A stretch of 64,000 nucleotides of DNA from Obrimoposthia wandeli (taxonomy: Eukaryota), in the NCBI GenBank assembly GCA_977020255.1, contig CDROCS010000253.1:3410001-3474000 (forward strand), written 5' to 3'. Shown here in pieces: positions 56,042-64,000 of this stretch. Each line of letters starts with the position of its first letter. The first letter of the stretch is position 1. The notes beneath the pieces were generated by a model. It was not told the origin of the DNA. It made no database searches and saw only the letters and a program-made list of their open reading frames with translations. Both the position numbers and the translations under genes were made by a program.

Positions 56042-57379
56042 ATGAATGAAAAACACACAATAATAACCCTGTCGGAACAAAATTCACTGCTGCGTTTTGA
56101 TAAAGAAAACGTTTGGCACCCTTATACTTCTATGTCTGAGCCACTACCAAGCTATTTGGTTGATAGTGCGCATGGGGTAATAATAAATTTGGCCAGCGGT
56201 GAACAACTCATTGATGGTATGTCTTCATGGTGGTCTGTTTTACATGGCTATAATCATCCTAAGTTAAATGCAGCCCTTGTCGAACAAGCCTCGAAAATGT
56301 CGCATGTGATGTTTGGCGGTTTAACCCACCCCAGTGCTATTACCTTATGTGAAAAATTGATTCATTTAACGCCCGAAGGATTAGATAAAGTCTTTTTGTC
56401 TGATTCTGGCTCAGTGAGTGTTGAAGTAGCGATGAAAATGGCATTGCAGTATCAACATGCTATGGCTGAAAAAAATCAGATAACATTAAGCAAAACCAAG
56501 CTATTAACGGTTAAGAATGGTTATCACGGTGATACCTTTGCCGCGATGTCGGTATGCGACCCTGTAACAGGTATGCATCAAATATTTGAGCAAGTGTTAA
56601 TGCAGCACTATTTTGCTCCTGCGCCTTCGATTAAGTTCGGTGAAAAATGGTCAAGTGATGATGTTATTGAACTAACCGCTTTATTTGCCGCGCATCATAA
56701 TGAGATAGCCGCCTTTATTATCGAGCCGATAGTACAAGGTACCGGTGGCATGCGTTTTTATCACCCTGAGTACTTAAAAGCCTGTCGCGAGCTATGTGAC
56801 AAGTATGATGTATTACTTATAGTTGATGAAATTGCTACTGGCTTTGGCAGAACCGGTAAACTGTTTGCCTGTGAATGGGCTGGTATTAATCCAGATATCA
56901 TGTGTTTAGGTAAAACCCTAACCGGCGGTTATATTACGCTAGCGGCAACCTTGTGTACTACACACATAGCAAAAACGATTAGTGAAGGCGCCGCAGGTTG
57001 TTTCATGCATGGACCAACGTTCATGGGTAATGCGCTCGCCTGTGCTGTTGCTAATGCCAGCATTGATTTATTAGTAGAAAATGATTGGCAAGCTCAAGTA
57101 CAAGATATTGAAAATACCCTTGTTAGGTTACTTAAGCCTTTAGAAAAACATGCAAGGGTAAAAGATGCCCGTGTTTTGGGTAGTATTGGCGCTATAGAAT
57201 GTCAGCAAAGCGTCAACGTAGCGAAGATACAAAAACGTTTTGTTGAATTAGGTGTATGGATCAGACCCTTTGGTCAACTCATCTATATTATCCCGCCACT
57301 TATCATTAATACTGAGCAATTAACCATATTAGTGAATGCCATGGCAACGGTTTTAGATGAAGACGAATGCTTTAATTGA
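56042..57379 (+). CDS. bioA: Adenosylmethionine-8-amino-7-oxononanoate transaminase
   Basis: WHPYTSM, GMSSWW, YHGDT, DEIATGFGRTG, GKTLTGG. Confidence 0.97.
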   Translation: MNEKHTIITLSEQNSLLRFDKENVWHPYTSMSEPLPSYLVDSAHGVIINLASGEQLIDGMSSWWSVLHGYNHPKLNAALVEQASKMSHVMFGGLTHPSAITLCEKLIHLTPEGLDKVFLSDSGSVSVEVAMKMALQYQHAMAEKNQITLSKTKLLTVKNGYHGDTFAAMSVCDPVTGMHQIFEQVLMQHYFAPAPSIKFGEKWSSDDVIELTALFAAHHNEIAAFIIEPIVQGTGGMRFYHPEYLKACRELCDKYDVLLIVDEIATGFGRTGKLFACEWAGINPDIMCLGKTLTGGYITLAATLCTTHIAKTISEGAAGCFMHGPTFMGNALACAVANASIDLLVENDWQAQVQDIENTLVRLLKPLEKHARVKDARVLGSIGAIECQQSVNVAKIQKRFVELGVWIRPFGQLIYIIPPLIINTEQLTILVNAMATVLDEDECFN

Positions 57380-57413
57380 TTTAGTTCACTCATTATTTAG
57401 TTAAGGTACTGCC

Positions 57414-57818
57414 TTACTGTGCCTTAACTAATATATACACTAACCAAATTATGTTAATGGCCAGCAAGAAAATTAAATTACCAAGAGGTGCGTCACTACG
57501 GCGACGACTGCGATACTTATCCGTCATTAACGCTAAATAACTGCCCAGCGCACTAAGCCATAATAAGATATACAAATAACCGGTCAATGGAGTTAACCAA
57601 AATTGACGAATTTCAACGTCATAATAGCGTAATACCCCATAATCTGTATCCGGTGCAGCATAATAAGACATCACCAACGCAATTAAAAAAAGCAACCAAC
57701 TTATCAACGCCAACATAATTTGGGCGTAACTCCAAAAGTCTGTTGCTGTTCTTCTGTCTATTTTTCGCTCTATCTTAACTCGCTCATCACTACTTGGTGT
57801 CATTACTGATGCTTTCAT
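57414..57818 (-). CDS. Hypothetical membrane protein
   Basis: 3 TM segments, ERRxxDRR-like N-terminus. Confidence 0.7.
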   Translation of the reverse strand: MKASVMTPSSDERVKIERKIDRRTATDFWSYAQIMLALISWLLFLIALVMSYYAAPDTDYGVLRYYDVEIRQFWLTPLTGYLYILLWLSALGSYLALMTDKYRSRRRSDAPLGNLIFLLAINIIWLVYILVKAQ

Positions 57819-57961
57819 CCATTTACGTGCTTTAGTTTACTATAGCAAATGGTCAATAAATTGGACCTATTCCTATTAAAGCACTATTTGTTATTGTTCA
57901 GTGCAATTAAGCATTGCATTTATGCCTTGTCACGGTAACATATCACCCCATTTTTAGCATA

Positions 57962-58027
57962 ATACCAATACCTTTAAATTTATCGCTCACTCAGCGTGAT
58001 TGGGAAATAACTTAATGAACTTGGTAT
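57962..58027. repeat. 66-bp miniature ATACCAA...TTGGTAT element upstream of asnS
   Basis: Termini match those of the 36788 MITE. Confidence 0.55.
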
Positions 58028-58068
58028 ACGCAATTTCAATCAATTACATAAGAATAAGAGGACATTAG

Positions 58069-59469
58069 ATGTCAGTTATATCAATTACTGATGTATTAGC
58101 AGGTAACTTCCCTGTTAATGAGAGCATTACCATCCACGGTTGGATCAGAACACGTCGTGATTCGAAAGCTGGTATTTCATTTTTAGCATTACATGACGGC
58201 TCATGTTTTGATGCTATTCAAGCCATTGTGCCTAGTGAACTCGATAATTATGAAAACGATGTTCTTAAACTAACCACTGGCTGCTCTGTAAAAGTAACAG
58301 GTATTTTGGTTGAATCTCCTGGTAAAGGACAAGCATTCGAAATTCAAGCAACTGAAGTAGAAGTATTAGGTTTTGTTGAAGACCCTGACACTTATCCAAT
58401 GGCTGCTAAGCGTCACAGCATTGAATTTTTACGTGAGCAAGCACATTTACGTCCACGTACTAATATTGGTGGCGCAGTAACTCGTGTTCGTAACTGTTTA
58501 GCACAAGCAGTGCACCGATTCTTGCACAGCAAAGGATACTTCTGGATCAGCACACCACTTATCACAGGTAGTGATTGTGAAGGCGCTGGCGAGATGTTCC
58601 GTGTTAGTACCTTAGATATGGAAAACTTACCACGTAACGATGAAGGTAAAGTTGATTACAACAAAGACTTCTTTGGGAAAGAGACCTTCTTAACCGTATC
58701 TGGCCAGTTAAACGTAGAAACTTATTGTAACGCGTTATCAAAAGTCTATACTTTTGGTCCTACTTTTAGAGCTGAAAACTCTAATACTACCCGTCACTTA
58801 GCAGAATTTTGGATGGTAGAGCCTGAAATCGCTTTTGCTGATTTATCAGACGCAGCTGATTTAGCCGAAGAAATGCTTAAGTATGTCTTTAAAGCTGTTT
58901 TAGATGAACGTCCTGATGATATGGCCTTCTTCCAACAACGTGTAGATAAGACTGTACTTGACCGTTTAAATTCTGTAATCAATACCGATTTTGTTCGCCT
59001 TGATTACACTGACGCAATTACAATCTTAGAAAACTGCGGCAAGAAATTTGAAAATCAAGTATCTTGGGGCGTAGATTTAAACTCTGAGCATGAACGTTAT
59101 TTAGCTGAAGAGCATTTTAACGGTCCAGTAGTTCTACAGAACTATCCGAAAGATATTAAGTCTTTCTACATGCGTTTAAATGATGACGGTAAAACTGTTG
59201 CTGCTATGGACATTTTAGCGCCAGGTATTGGCGAGATTATTGGTGGTAGCCAACGTGAAGAACGTCTTGACGTATTAGATAGCCGTTTAGAGGAAATGGG
59301 CTTAGATATTGCCGATTACGGTTGGTATAGAGACTTACGTCGCTATGGTACAGTACCTCATTCTGGTTTCGGTTTAGGTTTTGAACGTTTAGTAGCGTAT
59401 GCAACAGGCATGCAAAACGTACGTGACGTAATCCCATTCCCAAGAACACCAAATAACGCAGCGTTCTAA
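58069..59469 (+). CDS. asnS: Asparagine-tRNA ligase
   Basis: [37 protein letters not shown]. Confidence 0.98.
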   Translation: MSVISITDVLAGNFPVNESITIHGWIRTRRDSKAGISFLALHDGSCFDAIQAIVPSELDNYENDVLKLTTGCSVKVTGILVESPGKGQAFEIQATEVEVLGFVEDPDTYPMAAKRHSIEFLREQAHLRPRTNIGGAVTRVRNCLAQAVHRFLHSKGYFWISTPLITGSDCEGAGEMFRVSTLDMENLPRNDEGKVDYNKDFFGKETFLTVSGQLNVETYCNALSKVYTFGPTFRAENSNTTRHLAEFWMVEPEIAFADLSDAADLAEEMLKYVFKAVLDERPDDMAFFQQRVDKTVLDRLNSVINTDFVRLDYTDAITILENCGKKFENQVSWGVDLNSEHERYLAEEHFNGPVVLQNYPKDIKSFYMRLNDDGKTVAAMDILAPGIGEIIGGSQREERLDVLDSRLEEMGLDIADYGWYRDLRRYGTVPHSGFGLGFERLVAYATGMQNVRDVIPFPRTPNNAAF

Positions 59470-59511
59470 TCAATAGTTTCAGCGTGATGCTGAAATTAAC
59501 GCGTTAAATAT

Positions 59512-59540
59512 AAAAAAGGCGACTTAATATCGCCTTTTTT
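59512..59540 (+). terminator. Rho-independent terminator after asnS
   Basis: AAAAAAGGCGA-N7-TCGCCTTTTTT. Confidence 0.85.
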
Positions 59541-59906
59541 ATTGTCTCATAAACATCACTTTCGATAATACTAACAATAAAATAGTTCCCCTAGAGCTAT
59601 GTAGATGCTCTCCAAGGCTCCAGCCTTAATTTTTAATCAAAAATACCCCATAAGTTCGCTCAGCGTATGTCAACCAAGAGAATGCATACCTAAAAAAGAC
59701 TCAAGTGGTACCTGCAAGGCTAAACATTCAAACGAGTTATTACATCTATTTGTCTAAGTCATCTTATATGATCAAACACATTGTGATTATTTATCAATCT
59801 AATCATTTATTTAAATAAGATGTGAAGTTTAAGCTGCTATGCTTTATGAACATACGCCAAGTAGTGTTCGAAGATAGCCTGACCTTAACAGCCAAGAGAG
59901 TAAGGA

Positions 59907-61922
59907 ATGAATATAATTTTACGACCTGCCACCAATTTGATGAATAGGTTATCTTACCTACAAAAATTTAGTTTAATCAGTTTAATCTATTTAGTGCCTT
60001 TATTAACTCTCGCTTACATGCATTTAAATACACTCCATGAAGCCGAACAAATAACCCAAAAAGAGTTAAACGGCTTAATTGCATTACGCACGAGTTTATC
60101 TTTAGTTGATATAGCAGCTGAGCGTAATGATTTAATTCTAATACGTGGTGATGATTCACGTATCGATGCTAGCCTTGCTGAACTTATTCAACAGAAAGAA
60201 TCTGACTATATTAACTTGTTAAAAATAATTGAAGAAACTGCCTTAAGTAATGGACAGAATAATACTTTATCTTTAATCAAAAGTTTAAGGAATGACATTC
60301 GTATTGATCGCACTAAAGATACAGCCAGAATGAGTATGGTTGAAAAATATAACGTATTTAATCAATCAGTATCGAATACATGGGGACTTGTTCGCGCTAT
60401 AGCTAACGATGCTGGGCTATCAAGAGATCATAATTCAAAAAATTTCTTCTTAATGAAACTAATTATTGATGATCTAGAGCTGACCATAAAACACCAAGGC
60501 ATGCATAGAAGCTTCGGTAGTCTTGCTTTTAAAACAGGTCAATTATCAAGTAGAGCATTAGATGCTTTTGATCAAATTTTAGCCTTTTTAGATCAAGATG
60601 CTAAAACGATAGAATTAACATTACAGTCTTTATCCACAGATGCGCAGTTAAAAGATGTTAGTGCCAAAGTCATTGAACAATTACAACTTGATGTCATTGC
60701 ATTAGACGATGTGCTTTTGGCTGAAGAATTTGATAAACCTTGGCAAGATTACTTTGATAATGGTGTAAAGGCCTTGAAAATAATTAATATTTTTTTAGAG
60801 CAATCAATACAAACCATTGAAAGTAACTTAGAGCTAAGAGCAGAACAACAACAACAAGATTTTTATTTACTGCTGATTGCATGCCTACTCGTTTTAACTT
60901 TTGTCAGTTATTTAATGCTCGGTTTTAACTTATCGGTTAGACGCGGTATTGATTCAATTTTAACCACGGCACGTGAAGTATCTAAAGGTGATCTTACTGT
61001 TCAAGTGGTACCAAGAAGTAAAGATGAAATTGGCCAACTTGGTGAAGAGTTTAATCAAATGACCAAAAACATTCGCAACCTTATCAGTGAAGTGAGTAAT
61101 ACTTCTGAAGTTGTTGTCACCCAAACATCAAAAGTAGATGATATCGCAACCCAGACAAGCCAAGCAATAGCGCTACAGAGTAATGAAATAGACCACGTTA
61201 CAACCGCAGTGAATGAAATGTCACTTAGTGTACAAGAAGTCGCTCGTACTACATCAGAAGCATCTGACGCATCAATTCAAGTAAGTAAAGAAGCTAATTC
61301 GGGCAATAACCTAGTTGCCTCATCTTTAGAAAGTATCAAGTTACTATCAGCTAACATTGATCATTCAATGAAAATGATTGACCTGCTCGCCAAAGAAAGT
61401 GATGGAATATCCGTAGTGCTTGATGTGATAAAAAGCATTGCGGAACAAACGAACCTATTAGCACTAAATGCTGCTATTGAAGCTGCTCGTGCAGGTGATC
61501 AAGGACGAGGGTTTGCTGTTGTTGCTGACGAAGTAAGAACATTAGCGCAGCGTACACAGCAATCCACTCAACAAATTGAAAAAATAATACTGCGTTTACA
61601 ATCAGGGGTTTCTGACACTTCAAAATCAATGTCTATCAGTCATGTGAATGTAGGAAAAAGCGTTGAGTCGTCTGAAGAAGTTGGTGAGGCTTTAGGGCGA
61701 ATTTCAACCTCAGCTCAGTCAATCGTTGATTTTAATGCGCAAATTGTTAAAGCAACAGAAGAACAAACGATCGTTGCTCAAGAAATAGATCAAAAAATTA
61801 TCGCGATAAATAGCCTAGCGAGCAAAACAGCCGTCGGAGCAAAAGAGACTGCTGAATCATTAGACAATATGGTTGAACAAACTAATCATTTAAAAGAAGT
61901 TATCCTCGCATTTAAAATTTAA
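59907..61922 (+). CDS. Methyl-accepting chemotaxis protein
   Basis: 2 TM, HAMP (SKDEIGQL), [20 protein letters not shown]. Confidence 0.95.
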   Translation: MNIILRPATNLMNRLSYLQKFSLISLIYLVPLLTLAYMHLNTLHEAEQITQKELNGLIALRTSLSLVDIAAERNDLILIRGDDSRIDASLAELIQQKESDYINLLKIIEETALSNGQNNTLSLIKSLRNDIRIDRTKDTARMSMVEKYNVFNQSVSNTWGLVRAIANDAGLSRDHNSKNFFLMKLIIDDLELTIKHQGMHRSFGSLAFKTGQLSSRALDAFDQILAFLDQDAKTIELTLQSLSTDAQLKDVSAKVIEQLQLDVIALDDVLLAEEFDKPWQDYFDNGVKALKIINIFLEQSIQTIESNLELRAEQQQQDFYLLLIACLLVLTFVSYLMLGFNLSVRRGIDSILTTAREVSKGDLTVQVVPRSKDEIGQLGEEFNQMTKNIRNLISEVSNTSEVVVTQTSKVDDIATQTSQAIALQSNEIDHVTTAVNEMSLSVQEVARTTSEASDASIQVSKEANSGNNLVASSLESIKLLSANIDHSMKMIDLLAKESDGISVVLDVIKSIAEQTNLLALNAAIEAARAGDQGRGFAVVADEVRTLAQRTQQSTQQIEKIILRLQSGVSDTSKSMSISHVNVGKSVESSEEVGEALGRISTSAQSIVDFNAQIVKATEEQTIVAQEIDQKIIAINSLASKTAVGAKETAESLDNMVEQTNHLKEVILAFKI

Positions 61923-62025
61923 CTCTCAAAATAAAACGAGCAGCTTACTTTTGTATTTTAAACTACTTTAGTCAACTGTTCCTGTTACTTACCTGGTATA
62001 GGTCGGCGATTATACAGTTAGTGAG

Positions 62026-62622
62026 CTACTGCCAAAAAGTAACATTATCTTGATAACTTTTAACTGGTTTTGTATTGCATACTCTACTTGGGGTGCCTAT
62101 ATATAAAAATCCAGCAATATCATTACTCTCTTCGATACCTAAACCTCGCTTAACGGTTTCATTGTAGGCAAAACCTCCCGTACGCCACATAGCGCCATAG
62201 CCAAGTGAGAATGCAGCCATTTGCATAGCATGAGCACAACAACCCGCGGTAATTAACTGCTCTTGCAGTGGTACTTTATTATGTTCAACATACTGTGTTG
62301 AAATAACAATAATCATCGGTGCTCTAAATGGCTTTTTTGCTACTTTAGCCATTTTCTCATTTAAGGCAGTTTCATCTAAGCTAGTTTTTTCAACTAACGC
62401 TATTTGGCTAGCCATATTGATAGTCGTTGCTTCAACGTAAATATCACTTAAAAGCTGTAAACCTTTTCCGGTAATAACATGAAAATGAAAAGGCTGTAAT
62501 CCGCCATGGTCCGGTACTCGCATGCCGGCTGATAATAAAGTGGTTAGGTCTGCTTCATTCGGCGCAGGCTCTGTTAAAGCTGACATTGATTGTCGTTGTA
62601 ATAATAATTCAATAGCGTCCAT
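62026..62622 (-). CDS. ydjA: NAD(P)H nitroreductase, YdjA-like
   Basis: RVPDHGGLQP, FRAPMII, GYGAMWRTG, AGFLYIGT. Confidence 0.9.
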   Translation of the reverse strand: MDAIELLLQRQSMSALTEPAPNEADLTTLLSAGMRVPDHGGLQPFHFHVITGKGLQLLSDIYVEATTINMASQIALVEKTSLDETALNEKMAKVAKKPFRAPMIIVISTQYVEHNKVPLQEQLITAGCCAHAMQMAAFSLGYGAMWRTGGFAYNETVKRGLGIEESNDIAGFLYIGTPSRVCNTKPVKSYQDNVTFWQ

Positions 62623-62815
62623 AAAATACTTCTAACAAGTGGTTATTGTAGAAGTTTATCGTTAAGTTTGTACTTGTGCACGTAGTTATAATAAAAATAT
62701 ATAAATAAATAGGGTGAATTGTTTTTTATCCTTGACTTAAATTTACCCAACCGCCAATATTAAACGTAACTAATTTGTAAATTAAAACTCAAGATAAAAT
62801 AAGACTACTTAAATA

Positions 62816-62941
62816 ATGCAAAGCACCCTACTCACCATGATAAATATTCGAAACCTTAAAGCGGTAGCTACTAGCTGTCTGTTTGTGGTCAATCGACTGT
62901 GGCTAGTTAAGCGCCAGTTAAATTGGCGCCCCCTCTGCTAA
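62816..62941 (+). CDS. Putative leader peptide (41 aa)
   Basis: MQSTLLTMINIRNLKAVATSCLFVVNRLWLVKRQLNWRPLC*, followed by a terminator it can base-pair with. Confidence 0.4.
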   Translation: MQSTLLTMINIRNLKAVATSCLFVVNRLWLVKRQLNWRPLC

Positions 62942-62986
62942 GCATTGAAAATCATAACTAATTAAGTCATTAATTAGTTCACTTTT

Positions 62987-63019
62987 AAAGCCGCAGAAAT
63001 CATCTCTTGCGGCTTTTTT
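62987..63019 (+). terminator. Intrinsic terminator/attenuator upstream of DMT gene
   Basis: AAAGCCGCAG...TTGCGGCTTTTTT. Confidence 0.8.
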
Positions 63020-63125
63020 GTTTCTTTACTATACCTCAAAAAAATCCACAACAGTCTGCCTGAGCTTCAAAAGTACAACCTAAATTATCACGACAAAAAT
63101 ATAAATTTTAAACGTAAAAAAGGAG

Positions 63126-64000
63126 ATGGAAATGTCAGTGTCAATTGCCTATTTGGCGGTACTATTAATATGGTCTACCACCCCACTGGGTATAGTATGG
63201 AGTAGTGAGTCAATTAATCCGAGTTTAGCGGTATTGCTAAGAATGCTCATCGCCTTAATATTGGGTACATTATTGATTAAAATACGTAAAATAAATATTC
63301 CTTGGCATAAACAGGCATTAAAACTATACACTTTTTCGGCGTTAGGTATTTTTGGTGGCATGCTCTGCTCTTACTTATCGGCGAGTTATTTATCGTCTGG
63401 CATTATTTCTTTGGTTTTTGGCTTATCACCAGTCATTTCTGCATTACTTGCGAAGAGAATATTAGCAGAGCCCAATATCAGCGGTATGCGTAAATTTTCT
63501 ATGGCTATTTCATTGGTTGGTTTAGCTGTGGTTTGTTCGGATAATTTCAACCTAGCGGATGATGGTATTTACGGCATAATTTTTATTTTAATGGCGGTAT
63601 TTTTCTTTAGTTTAAGTGGTGTATTGGTTAAAAGTGTCTCATTGGCTATTCACCCATTAGCAACAACGGTTGGCGCATTATCAGTTGCAACGCCATTGTT
63701 TTTATTGAGCTGGTTAATACTAGATGGCAGTTTACCGGTTGATACATGGCAAGCAAGGTCACTTTGGGCAACACTCTATTTAGGGGTATTCGGTTCATTG
63801 ATTGGTTTTTATGCCTACTTTACCGTATTACAAAAATTATCAGCAAGTAACGTCACTTTGATAACTTTAATTACACCCGTGATTGCCTTAACCTTAGGCG
63901 CAGTATTAAATGGTGAGGTGATCAATGACAAATTGATAGTCGGTGCATTTCTGGTGTTATTGGGATTAAGCATTTATCATTTTGGCCATTTACTTCCTCG
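63126..64000 (+). CDS. DMT/EamA family transporter (runs off window)
   Basis: MSVSIAYLAVLLIWSTTPLG...GVFGSLIGFYAYF..LITPVIAL; RBS AGGAG at 63121. Confidence 0.9.
   Translation, partial: MEMSVSIAYLAVLLIWSTTPLGIVWSSESINPSLAVLLRMLIALILGTLLIKIRKINIPWHKQALKLYTFSALGIFGGMLCSYLSASYLSSGIISLVFGLSPVISALLAKRILAEPNISGMRKFSMAISLVGLAVVCSDNFNLADDGIYGIIFILMAVFFFSLSGVLVKSVSLAIHPLATTVGALSVATPLFLLSWLILDGSLPVDTWQARSLWATLYLGVFGSLIGFYAYFTVLQKLSASNVTLITLITPVIALTLGAVLNGEVINDKLIVGAFLVLLGLSIYHFGHLLP

Noticed and set aside
2122-63361. Numerous short antisense or overlapping ORFs from the six-frame track (e.g. 2747-3220, 4011-4613, 15130-15582, 45157-45624, 46872-47372, 63149-63361)
   Set aside because: Shadow frames of well-supported genes, with no motifs or RBS

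Overview
AT-rich gammaproteobacterial chromosome segment. Gene content and repeat families suggest Colwelliaceae/Alteromonadales (inference). The housekeeping backbone comprises pyrC, a queD-like gene, yejK-yejL-yejM-tRNA-Pro(GGG), bioDCFB/bioA with a BirA operator, asnS, an MCP, a nitroreductase and a DMT transporter. Accessory blocks: (1) a Fur-boxed TonB2-type energizer operon ending in fecI-fecR; (2) a decaying cluster of attC-like gene cassettes with no adjacent integron integrase, including a collapsed yefM-yoeB and an IS3 scrap; (3) an attEFGH-like ABC/lipocalin module; (4) a TonB-dependent receptor paired with a YigM/BioP-like transporter; (5) a solo intact tyrosine recombinase flanked by two large palindromes; (6) an MksBEFG/Wadjet-like SMC-TOPRIM operon in B-E-F-G order. 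Block (7) is two tandem sister elements integrated at tRNA-Pro. Each carries a LexA-boxed tus-like gene (one intact, one internally deleted). Their cargo is endonuclease I, a sigma54-linked giant protein with an expanded ice-binding-like beta-solenoid, a type II Zorya system and a type I R-M locus collapsed to 0.6 kb. Further items: (8) an orphan hicB preceded by four helically phased repeats, and (9) a candidate leader-peptide attenuator before the last gene. All family calls are from recalled motifs, not database searches.
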